This document shows, piece by piece, positions 29,368 through 38,085 of a DNA stretch of 64,000 nt. The first letter of the stretch is position 1. Each line of letters opens with the position of its first letter. The position numbers and the translations under genes are program-made. The DNA comes from Cyanobacteriota bacterium (lineage in GTDB: Bacteria > Cyanobacteriota > Cyanobacteriia > PCC-6307 > Cyanobiaceae). The notes under the pieces were generated by a model, which was not told where the DNA came from, did not search any database, and saw only the letters and a program-made list of their open reading frames with translations. Where the stretch lies: NCBI GenBank assembly GCA_046052125.1, contig JBJOMY010000005.1, forward strand, positions 32,001-96,000. The letters run 5' to 3'.

Positions 29368-30883
29368 GCACGCTCTGCCAATTCAGGGCCTGCTGCCGGC
29401 TGAGCACGTAGGCGGTCACACCACCCAACTGCCGGCGCTGGGGCGCGAGACCGCGCGGCAGCGTTTGCAGGAAATCGGCCGTGAGGCTGAGGGTGAGGGC
29501 CTGCACCCGCTGCGGCTCCACCCCCACAAACTCCTCCCCCAGCTGAAACAGGGCCTGCTCGCCGCTGTCGATCCGCACCGGCGAGAAATGGCTACCGCCC
29601 TCCAGCAGCACCAGCCGGCTCTGGGGTTTGCCATCTCGCAGGAACAGCTGCAGCTGCTCACTGATGGGCGGGGTGATCAGATCGAGGCTCCCGCCCATCA
29701 GCAGCACCGGCGCCGGCAAGGGGCGCAGCCCGCGATGCGGCCAGAGCAGGCTGCCAAAACCATTGAGGCTCACCACCGCCTGCACGGGCTGAGCCAGGGG
29801 CTGGGGAGGCGGCAGCGGCACCTCCAGCAGCTGGCATTGCAACAGGCGCGAGAGGTTGGTGAGTGGGATGCCATCGAGCGCGCGATCGCAGCGGCGCGCC
29901 AAGCCCGGCTCCGGCCGCAACCCGGCCGCCAGCAGACTGCTGAGGCCACCGAGGGAGTGGCCCATCAGCACCACCCGCTCTCCCAGACGCGGCAGCGCTC
30001 CGCTCTGCACCGCAGCCACCACCGCCTGCAGATCCCGCAGGCGCTCGTTCAGGGTTTCGGCCCCCGGCGGCGGCCGCCGCCCCTCCAGCAGCTCGCGCAC
30101 CGCCTGCTCATCACTGCCGGGGTGATCGAGCAACAGCACCGACCAACCGCGCTGTTGCAAGCCAGCCGCCAGCCACTCCAACTGTTCCGAGCTTCCGCCA
30201 AGCCCAGGGGTGAGCAGCACCCAGCTGTCGCTGCTGGCGCGCCAGAGCTGCAGCCGCAGCGGTTGCTGGCGGTGGGGCACGGGCAAGGTGAACGCCTGGG
30301 GTCCCGCGGGGGAAGCACCTGCCGGCTGGCTGGGCCACAGCTGCGACACCCGGCGCAGCTTCAGTTGCTGCAGGGCCACCAGGGCGTCGCGCTGCACCAC
30401 GATCTGCTGGCGCCACTGGGCCGCCAACTGCAGGCCCCCATCGAGATTGAGCACCAGCCGCTGGCTGGGAACAGCCCGCAGCAGCTCGATGGTGGTCACC
30501 CGGCGCTGGCGTCGCAGCAGCTCCTGGAGGGTCTGATACAGCAACGGACCGGCCCCGCCTTGGTCGGTGCGGATCAGATCGTCGAGCTCCACCAGCACCC
30601 GCTGGCCGGCCCAGCTAGCCAGAAACTGCTGGGCAAAGGAGCGGTCCTGCACCAGCGGCGCCCGCAGGATGCGCCGCAACTGTTCGCGGCCCTGGGGATC
30701 GAGCAGATCCAGCCAGGCGCGCAGATCACCAGTGGCGCTGCTGGGCGAACGGCTCCAGGACTCGAGCTCCACCAGATCGATCGGCAGCTGCAGGCCATCG
30801 AGCTGCACATCGAGCTGCTCGGCGGCTCGGGCAGGCATCAGCCACAGCAGGCCAGCCAGCAGACTGCGCAGCACGGCACGCAT
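29357..30883 (-). CDS. alpha/beta hydrolase with N-terminal DUF1400-like domain
   Basis: PGLGGS, HPGSD, GHSLGG nucleophile elbow, GGSHFS. Confidence 0.82.
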   Translation of the reverse strand: MRAVLRSLLAGLLWLMPARAAEQLDVQLDGLQLPIDLVELESWSRSPSSATGDLRAWLDLLDPQGREQLRRILRAPLVQDRSFAQQFLASWAGQRVLVELDDLIRTDQGGAGPLLYQTLQELLRRQRRVTTIELLRAVPSQRLVLNLDGGLQLAAQWRQQIVVQRDALVALQQLKLRRVSQLWPSQPAGASPAGPQAFTLPVPHRQQPLRLQLWRASSDSWVLLTPGLGGSSEQLEWLAAGLQQRGWSVLLLDHPGSDEQAVRELLEGRRPPPGAETLNERLRDLQAVVAAVQSGALPRLGERVVLMGHSLGGLSSLLAAGLRPEPGLARRCDRALDGIPLTNLSRLLQCQLLEVPLPPPQPLAQPVQAVVSLNGFGSLLWPHRGLRPLPAPVLLMGGSLDLITPPISEQLQLFLRDGKPQSRLVLLEGGSHFSPVRIDSGEQALFQLGEEFVGVEPQRVQALTLSLTADFLQTLPRGLAPQRRQLGGVTAYVLSRQQALNWQSVLRN

Positions 30884-30894
30884 CGGTCGACGGC

Positions 30895-32124
30895 TTGGCA
30901 CAGGCAGGAAAGCTGTCAACGCTGCATCAGTGGTGGCACCAGTTTCCCGCGCCGCTGCGTGAACTGGCCAGCGTGCGGCTGGTGGCGAGCTTTGGCGCCG
31001 GCGGGGTGCTGTATCTCACGCCGATGGTGTTCCACCAGGCACACTTTTCGGCCTCCCAGGTGGGCACAGGCCTGGCACTGGCAGCCCTAGCCGGCACGAT
31101 CGGCCGCTTTGTGAGCGGCTGGCTGCTGGATCGGGGGCTCAGCTGCGGCTTGCCCGTGCTGCTGGCGGCGCTATGCGGCTTCTGCGGTGATGCCCTGCTG
31201 CTGGGCGCCCACAACCAATCGGGCTACATCGCGGGGCAGCTGCTCCTGGGCAGCGCCGGCGGGCTGTACTGGCCGGCCGTGGAGCTGGCCGTGCCGCTGT
31301 GTTCAGCGCCAGTGCCCTCAGCACGGGGGTACGCCCTCTCGCGCACCGCTGATGCGGCGGGAGTCGCCAGCGGCACGCTCACCGGCGCCGTGCTGGCCCA
31401 ACTGGGACACCTGCGCGGGGTGTATTTGGTGGATATGGCAGCCGTGCTGGCGCTGGCGGCCTTGCTGCTCTGGCGGCCGCTGCCGCGGGCGCTGCAGGTG
31501 GGCCGCTCCGGCGTGGAGCCGGTGCCCCTGGGCCAGTGGCTGCCGGCGCTGCTGCCGATGCTGCTGCTCTCGGTGGTGGCCACCTCGATTCCCGCACTGA
31601 TGCAGAGCGCCCTGCCGCTGGATCTTGTGCGGGGCGGCTTAGAGCGCGATGCCCAACCGGAGGCGATCAGCGCCCTGCTGATCGGCATTCCGCTGGCGCT
31701 GCTGGTGCTGATCCAGTGGCCGGTGGGTCAGGCCATGGCCCGCCGCTCGGTGGCGGTTGGCTTGGGGCTGAGCATGGTCTGCTTCAGCGGCGGGGCGGCG
31801 TTGCTGGCCCTTTCTGCCCTCAGGGACGACGGCGTTGTTCTGGTGGTGGTGGCGCTGATGCTCCTGGCCTTGGGAGAAGCGGCGTTCCTGCCCACATCCA
31901 CCGAAGCGGTGGTGGAGTTGAGCCCGGAGGGCCACGGCGGTTTGGCCATGGCGCTGTTCTCCCAGTGCTTCGCGCTCAGTGCCTTCGGGGCACCGCTGAT
32001 TGCCGGGCTGCTGCTGGATCGCCAGGGCCACGGGCTGGTGCTGTGGCTGCTGGTGGCGCTGGTGTGTGCGCTGTGCCTGCTGCTGGTGGGGCCGATTCGC
32101 CGCCGGGCGCATGTGAAGGGCTGA
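30895..32124 (+). CDS. MFS transporter
   Basis: About 12 hydrophobic segments, SGWLLDRG motif A-like; start uncertain. Confidence 0.85.
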   Translation: MAQAGKLSTLHQWWHQFPAPLRELASVRLVASFGAGGVLYLTPMVFHQAHFSASQVGTGLALAALAGTIGRFVSGWLLDRGLSCGLPVLLAALCGFCGDALLLGAHNQSGYIAGQLLLGSAGGLYWPAVELAVPLCSAPVPSARGYALSRTADAAGVASGTLTGAVLAQLGHLRGVYLVDMAAVLALAALLLWRPLPRALQVGRSGVEPVPLGQWLPALLPMLLLSVVATSIPALMQSALPLDLVRGGLERDAQPEAISALLIGIPLALLVLIQWPVGQAMARRSVAVGLGLSMVCFSGGAALLALSALRDDGVVLVVVALMLLALGEAAFLPTSTEAVVELSPEGHGGLAMALFSQCFALSAFGAPLIAGLLLDRQGHGLVLWLLVALVCALCLLLVGPIRRRAHVKG

Positions 32125-32162
32125 AGCCAGGCCATCACAATCAGAACAGCACCGCCTGCGCC

Positions 32163-33074
32163 ATGGCACTGCACGAACCGGGCCGCCGGCATCCCCAGCA
32201 GCACATCGGCCGGGCAGGCCTGGCCTCAGCCTTTCGCTGGAGCATCGCGCTCAACACGGCGCTCTCGGTGACGCAGATCGTGATCGGCATCGGCTTTGGC
32301 TCCCTGGCCCTGATCGGCGATGCGATCCACAACCTCGGCGATGTGGCCGGCCTCACCCTGGGATGGGGAGCGGAGCGGCTGAGCACACGCCCCCCGAGCG
32401 AACGATTCACCTATGGCTTTGGCCGAAGCACCCAGCTGGCGGCGCTGATCAATGGGGTGCTGGTGGCCATGGCCTCAGCCGTGGTGGTGGTGGAGGCCCT
32501 GCAGCGGCTGCAGGATCCGGAACCGCTGGTGAGTGGCCCGGTGGCCTGGGCCGCCGCCGCCGGCATCGCGGTGAACCTGGGCTCCGCCAGCCTGTTTGGC
32601 CATGGCGGGCATGGCAAGCACGAGGGGCGGTCGCACAATCACGATCTGAACCGCCGCGCTGCGGTACTGCACCTGGTGACGGATGCCCTGGTGTCGGCCG
32701 CCGTGCTGGTGAGTGCCGTGCTGGTGGGCGCCACGGGCTGGCACTGGCTCGACCCCCTCACCGCCATCGGCGTGGGCCTCGCCGTGGGTTACACGGGCGT
32801 GGTGCTGATCCGTGATGCCCTGGTGGTGCTGCTCGATGGCATCCCCCATCACATCAAGCCCGAGCAGGTGCACGAAACCCTGCTGGCGCTGCCTGGGGTG
32901 GTGGATGTTCACCACGTGCATATCTGGAGCCTCAGCACCAGCCAGGTGGCGCTCACCGCCCACATCTGTCGCCGAGGCGACTTGAGCAACGACCTTGAGC
33001 TCCTGCATCAGGCCAAAAATGCCTTGGCTGCGATCGGGGTGCACCACAGCACCCTCCAGCTGGAGCCGGGTTGA
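32163..33074 (+). CDS. cation diffusion facilitator (CzcD/ZitB-like)
   Basis: SLALIGDAIHNLGD, FTYG, His-rich loop, HLVTD, HHVHIWSL, HSTLQLE. Confidence 0.92.
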   Translation: MALHEPGRRHPQQHIGRAGLASAFRWSIALNTALSVTQIVIGIGFGSLALIGDAIHNLGDVAGLTLGWGAERLSTRPPSERFTYGFGRSTQLAALINGVLVAMASAVVVVEALQRLQDPEPLVSGPVAWAAAAGIAVNLGSASLFGHGGHGKHEGRSHNHDLNRRAAVLHLVTDALVSAAVLVSAVLVGATGWHWLDPLTAIGVGLAVGYTGVVLIRDALVVLLDGIPHHIKPEQVHETLLALPGVVDVHHVHIWSLSTSQVALTAHICRRGDLSNDLELLHQAKNALAAIGVHHSTLQLEPG

Positions 33075-33086
33075 AGCCAGCGGGGC

Positions 33087-33251
33087 TCAGCCCTTGCTCA
33101 CCTTGGCCGTCCAGGCCTCGTGGGGCAGGGGCTCGGTGCCGTACTCCCAATCGTCGTAGTCGGGATCGTTGCGGATCTGCTGGTGCAGCTGCTTCTGCAC
33201 CTCAAAGTCGTGCTGCTGGGCAGCTTCAGGTGCGCGCTGCTGGTCTGTCAT
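33087..33251 (-). CDS. small acidic hypothetical protein (54 aa)
   Basis: ATG 33251; QKQLHQQIRNDPDYDDWEYGTEPLP; host-like codon usage. Confidence 0.6.
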   Translation of the reverse strand: MTDQQRAPEAAQQHDFEVQKQLHQQIRNDPDYDDWEYGTEPLPHEAWTAKVSKG

Positions 33252-33299
33252 AGCCGTGAACAACCTGTTCCCATTGTGGGGCAAGTCGATCGATTGACT

Positions 33300-35700
33300 C
33301 GAAAGCGCTGAACCAGCAGCAACCGTGACCAACCAATGGCGTCAGACGTTGGACGTATCAGCCCAAGCCTTTGTCCCGGCAGGACATTTAAGGAATTGAG
33401 CACCATCAGACTTTATTAGACTCACCAAAGACAAAGGCATTGTTAAATGCTGCCAAGGCTGAGCCCCTAAAGGAAAGAGAAGTAGCACCGAACAGGACAC
33501 GGCTCAGCAACACCGTTCGGCTGCAAAGAGTTGACTCAAACCAGCGACCATCAGGAAAATGACACTCACGGAACCAGAGTGAGTGCCTTACCCAAGCAGG
33601 GCTTTCACAATCTCACCCGTTCTTGTGAGGCATTTTAGCCTTGGCCAGGCCCCGAACCAAAATCGGGCTGTGCTTTGATTCAGCTCCGGCTGCTTTATGT
33701 GAGAACGCATTCCGAACACGAGTCTAATCGGAGTCGCTCATGCGCGGAATGCATTAACCAGTCCCTTGAAGCCAGCCTCACTCACACCAGCCACATTTGC
33801 GGGCTTTTTGGCGACAACCCGTGACAATCCATAGATTACAGCAGATTCTGGGCCTGCAGGAAGTATGACTGGGTGCTTCCAAAAGATGCATACGGCGACT
33901 GATTACTGAACACACCGGTATCAGCATCGCCAGCAACTGAAGTCGCGACGACAGCGACACCCTCTGTCGTTGACTCAAACGTCTGCCACACCGCATTCTT
34001 AGAAAACTTTCCGTTGCTCAAACGGTGGATATAAGCGTTTCCGGCATAAGCATTGCCGCCCTTTACGACCGATACAAACGGAACCTGGTAGACATCGTCA
34101 CCCATATGGTAAATACCCTGAAAATGAGTCAACAAACCAACCGAGCCATTGGTTTCATTGATATAGTTATACGAGCGGATGTTTGTTGTCACTCCTGTGA
34201 TGGGGTCTACATCAGCCAGCATCCCTTTGCCAAAGGCTGCATCAGGAAGCGTTTTGCGTATTTCTTTAACAGCCTGCCTCACTTTTTTTCCGTATGAGCC
34301 CTTCGTGGCCTGGGAAGCGCCTCCGGAAATGGTGTAGGTCCGATTCTCGTTCTCCCAAATCCCAAAAGCGGAGTGATATTTGGCGCCGTCTGAATAGGAA
34401 AGATTAACTTGGGCGCCTGATGCGGGGTTGTAGATATAGGAACCAGATCCGGGCCCGCTATTCAATGCGAACCCTATTGGCCCCCCACTCGTGCTGTAGT
34501 TTCCAACCACGTACCCCCCATCGATACTGTGAAGATAGGTGTAGCGAGCCGCCTTGTTTTTATTCGTTGTGGCCTGAAACTGCTGGAATCCAGTTGTGAC
34601 TGCTCCTGACGTATCGCCATTAAGGGCTGAAATGCTGCCTTGGTAGTACCAGCCCAGCATGGCGCCAGAGCTATTAATCCAGGTTCCTGCCAAGGCGATA
34701 TCCCCGATGCCGCCAGGCCCACTACCACTACTCAGAATGTCGGGCCCGTAAGCGGATGTCTCCCGCGGGCTCCAGGTGGAGGGCACAGAGAAGTTATACC
34801 AAGTTCCACTGCCGCTGCCGGTGGAGCCGGTCGCTCCATCAATGGCACCAACGTAGAGAGCTCCATATCCTGGAGCCGCCATTGCATCTCCAGTCGTCCC
34901 TGTGATGACGTAAGAGTTGGGCGATAAGCCATTCTTCTTAATGCCCTGTAACGAATTGTAGTCGCTGTCAACAGCGACCGAGGTGGAGACGAATGGCTGA
35001 TAGAAAGTTGGATTTGACATAACGCCTGCGTTGATCAGCATGGTGAAATTCTGTGCCAAGGATAGTTAGTGATCCGGGGTCGGCAACTCCTCTTTCTCTG
35101 GTTTCAGCTCCCAGTGACGGATACCCTTTGTTGGCCCTGGTGCCATGAGAATGAGTGGTTGTTCAGCAGCTGCGATCTCCCGTAGCCGTGGCGGCCACGT
35201 GCCCCCCCCCTGGATGTCGAAAACCCGGCTGGCATATCGCTAAGGAACCCGGAACATGGCGGGGGGCCTCAGCAGCACCGCGGCAGCGTTACGGGCTCAA
35301 GACTGTCCCTCAGCCAACTCCTACGGCTTTGCCGGCCTGCGGCTAGAGCTTGCGAATGATCAGCTCGGCTGTGGGCGGGTTCGTTTCATGGTGAAGTCCC
35401 AGGCCCAGTCTGGCCAGATCAGGGCTCGCATTCACCCTGAACCGACTTACGAGGTCCACGTCACTCCGTTGCTGCCAAGACGAAGACCCTGGCCTCATCG
35501 GCTGCTCATCTATCTGAGCAGCCTGATGAGAAGACCCTTGAAAGCTAATAGCAGCCGGTGTGCGCCGTTGTCAGTGGGCCCGCTGTCAAACAGATCAACC
35601 CCACAGGTCAAAGGCCGCAATATCGCGCTCATCGGTAACCACCGCCACCAGGCATTCAAGAACTGGGCCCGTGACGGAAGCCTGCCATCACGCTTGTCGC
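33300..35700. other. lower-GC accessory insert (boundaries approximate)
   Basis: Visible drop in GC, many A/T-ending codons, long non-coding flanks; no mobility gene. Confidence 0.65.
33836..35059 (-). CDS. hypothetical Gly/Ser/Thr/Tyr-rich beta-rich protein
   Basis: 407-codon ORF in AT-richer DNA where long ORFs are unlikely by chance; start may be ATG 35020 (MSNPTF). Confidence 0.8.
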   Translation of the reverse strand: MAQNFTMLINAGVMSNPTFYQPFVSTSVAVDSDYNSLQGIKKNGLSPNSYVITGTTGDAMAAPGYGALYVGAIDGATGSTGSGSGTWYNFSVPSTWSPRETSAYGPDILSSGSGPGGIGDIALAGTWINSSGAMLGWYYQGSISALNGDTSGAVTTGFQQFQATTNKNKAARYTYLHSIDGGYVVGNYSTSGGPIGFALNSGPGSGSYIYNPASGAQVNLSYSDGAKYHSAFGIWENENRTYTISGGASQATKGSYGKKVRQAVKEIRKTLPDAAFGKGMLADVDPITGVTTNIRSYNYINETNGSVGLLTHFQGIYHMGDDVYQVPFVSVVKGGNAYAGNAYIHRLSNGKFSKNAVWQTFESTTEGVAVVATSVAGDADTGVFSNQSPYASFGSTQSYFLQAQNLL

Positions 35701-35709
35701 AGCTGAGGG

Positions 35710-36801
35710 CTAGACATTAAACAGAAACTCCATCACATCGCCTTCTTCCACCACATACTCCTTGCCTTCTGCCCGGAGCCAACCCTTGTTGCGAGCTTCG
35801 GCCAGGGACCCGGCTTCCAGCAGCTGCTTGTAGCCGATGGTCTGTGCGCGGATGAACCCCCGCTCGAAATCGGTGTGGATCACCCCTGCCGCCTGGGGGG
35901 CGGTCATGCCGGCCTTGATCGTCCAGGCCCTGGTTTCCTTCTCACCAGTGGTGAAGTAGGTGCGCAAGCCAAGCAACGTGTAAGTGGCACGGATCAGGCT
36001 CTGCAGGCCGCCTTCCTCCACCCCCAGATCCGCCAGAAAAGCCTCGCGCTCTTCCTCGGGCAGTTCGATCAGCTCCGCCTCCACCTGGGCACTGATGCGC
36101 ACGGTGCCGGCCCCCTCCTTCTCGGCCAGGGCAGCCACTTCCTCGCAGTAGGCGTTGCCTGATGCGAGATCGTCTTCGCTCACGTTGGTGGCATAGATGA
36201 TCGGCTTGGCGGTGAGCAGCCCGAGGGGCTTCACCATGGCCGCCTCCTCTTCGTTGAGCTCGATGCTGCGGGCGGCACCGCCCTGCTCCAGCACGGCCTG
36301 GATGCGCTCGAGGGCCGCATCCTCCACCTGGGCTTCCTTGCTGGTTCGCACCTGCTTCTTCAGGCGTTCGCGCCGCTTCTCCACCTGAGAGAGATCCGCG
36401 AGGCCCAATTCCAGGTTGATCACTTCGGCGTCTCGGGCAGGGCCCACCGAGCCGCTCACGTGGATCACGTCGTCGTTCTCGAAGCAGCGCACCACGTGCA
36501 CGATCGCGTCGACCTCGCGGATGTTGGCCAGAAACTTGTTGCCCAGGCCCTCGCCCTGGCTGGCTCCTTTCACCAGGCCGGCGATATCCACAAACTCAAC
36601 CCGCGTGGGGATCAGCTCCTTGCTGCCGCTCAGATCCGAAAGCTGCTGCAGGCGCGGATCTGGCACCGACACCACACCCGAGTTCGGCTCGATCGTGCAG
36701 AACGGATAGTTGGCCGCCTCCGCCTGGGCGTTGGCCACGAGGGCGTTGAACAGGGTCGACTTGCCCACATTGGGCAGTCCCACGATTCCGGCTTTAAGCA
36801 T
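35710..36801 (-). CDS. ychF: ribosome-binding ATPase YchF
   Basis: [38 protein letters not shown]. Confidence 0.97.
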   Translation of the reverse strand: MLKAGIVGLPNVGKSTLFNALVANAQAEAANYPFCTIEPNSGVVSVPDPRLQQLSDLSGSKELIPTRVEFVDIAGLVKGASQGEGLGNKFLANIREVDAIVHVVRCFENDDVIHVSGSVGPARDAEVINLELGLADLSQVEKRRERLKKQVRTSKEAQVEDAALERIQAVLEQGGAARSIELNEEEAAMVKPLGLLTAKPIIYATNVSEDDLASGNAYCEEVAALAEKEGAGTVRISAQVEAELIELPEEEREAFLADLGVEEGGLQSLIRATYTLLGLRTYFTTGEKETRAWTIKAGMTAPQAAGVIHTDFERGFIRAQTIGYKQLLEAGSLAEARNKGWLRAEGKEYVVEEGDVMEFLFNV

Positions 36802-36891
36802 TGGGGGAATCTACGGACCACCCCCAGCCACACTCGACACCACCGACAAGGAAGACTGGGGGCAGCACAAGCGCCGGCCATTCCTTCCTCG

Positions 36892-38085
36892 ATGCTCCAG
36901 CCCCCTCCGCAGCGCGAGGGCGATGCACCGCTCGATGGCGGCCGTTTTCGCCTACCCGCAGGGATCCGCCCGCGCCGCACCTGGTTGCAGCGCAAACGCC
37001 TTTGGGCCGGACTGCTCGCTGGTGCCGTGGTGATCGGTGGCGGTGGGGCCCTGATCAGTCAGCGCCGCAGTGCCAGCCAGCAGCGCAGCCTCGACACCTA
37101 CACCGTGCTGGCCAGACAGGGCAGCCTGCCGGGCGTGATCACCGCTAGCGGTGAATTGGAGGCCTTCCGCAAGGTGAACGTGAGTCCCAAGCGCCAGGGG
37201 GTGCTGGAGAAGCTCTACGTGGAAGAGGGCGACAGCGTGCAGGCCGGCCAGGCCCTGGCGCTGATGGACGGCGGTGATCTCAACGAACGCCTCGATGAAC
37301 TGCGTGCCCAGCTGCGCTCCGCCAAAGCGCAGCTCAACCGCAGCCAGAGCGAACTGCAGCGGCGCGGAGCCCTGATCCGCCAAGGCGGCATCAGCCTCGA
37401 CGACTACAACAGCGCCCGCTCCACGTTTCTGGTGGACAAGGCCGCCGTGGAGGCAGCCCAGCAGCGGCTGGAGCAACGCATGAAGGAGCAAGGCGACCTC
37501 ACGGTGCGCGCGCCCTTCGCCGGCGTGGTGACCGCGCGCTTCGCCGATCCAGGCGCCTTTGTGACCCCCACCACCTCGGCCTCCGCGAGCGCCGGGGCGA
37601 GTAGCTCCTCGATCGTGGAGCTGGCTCAGGGGCTTGAGGCCGTGGCCAAGGTGCCGGAGAGCGACATCGGCCGCATCCAGGTGGGGCAGAACGCTTCGGT
37701 GCGGGTGGATGCCTTCCCGGATCGGCGCTTCCCGGCCCGGGTGCGTCAGATCGCTCCGCGCGCCGAAAAGCTCAACAACGTCACCTCTTTTGAGGTGAAG
37801 CTGCAGCTGATCAACCCGCCGCCCGAATTGCGCATCGGCATGACCGCCGATATCGACTTCAGCACCGGCAACCTGGCCTCGCGCACCCTCATCCCCACCG
37901 TGGCCGTGGTAACCGAACAGGGCAAACCCGGCGTTTTGCTGGTGGGCCCGGGCAACCAGCCCACCTTCCAGGCCGTCACGCTGGGGGCCAGCAGCGGCAA
38001 AGACACGCAGATCCTCGAGGGGCTCCAATCCGGCACCCGGGTGTTTATCGACCTGCCCCCGTGGGCCAAGAAGAAACGGGAGTGA
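36892..38085 (+). CDS. efflux periplasmic adaptor (membrane fusion protein)
   Basis: N-terminal TM, VEEGDSV lipoyl half, coiled coil, RAPFAGVV, LRIGMT. Confidence 0.9.
   Translation: MLQPPPQREGDAPLDGGRFRLPAGIRPRRTWLQRKRLWAGLLAGAVVIGGGGALISQRRSASQQRSLDTYTVLARQGSLPGVITASGELEAFRKVNVSPKRQGVLEKLYVEEGDSVQAGQALALMDGGDLNERLDELRAQLRSAKAQLNRSQSELQRRGALIRQGGISLDDYNSARSTFLVDKAAVEAAQQRLEQRMKEQGDLTVRAPFAGVVTARFADPGAFVTPTTSASASAGASSSSIVELAQGLEAVAKVPESDIGRIQVGQNASVRVDAFPDRRFPARVRQIAPRAEKLNNVTSFEVKLQLINPPPELRIGMTADIDFSTGNLASRTLIPTVAVVTEQGKPGVLLVGPGNQPTFQAVTLGASSGKDTQILEGLQSGTRVFIDLPPWAKKKRE

Noticed and set aside
29465..31090. 541-aa ORF antisense to the alpha/beta hydrolase, and similar long shadow ORFs (10573-11709, 21576-22775, 24961-26244)
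   Set aside because: Antisense shadows expected from high-GC codon bias opposite well-supported genes
33391..33562. ~56-codon open stretch on + strand (GIEHHQTLLDSPK...)
   Set aside because: No convincing start codon and no recognisable similarity
33519..33570. Minus-strand sequence loosely resembling the 3' half of a tRNA-Met (possible att remnant)
   Set aside because: T-stem and anticodon stem do not pair and the T-loop reads TTTGAGT; cannot be told apart from chance
35256..35720. 154-aa + strand ORF in the insert
   Set aside because: No recognisable motif, atypical composition, runs through a hairpin and into the ychF stop; probably spurious
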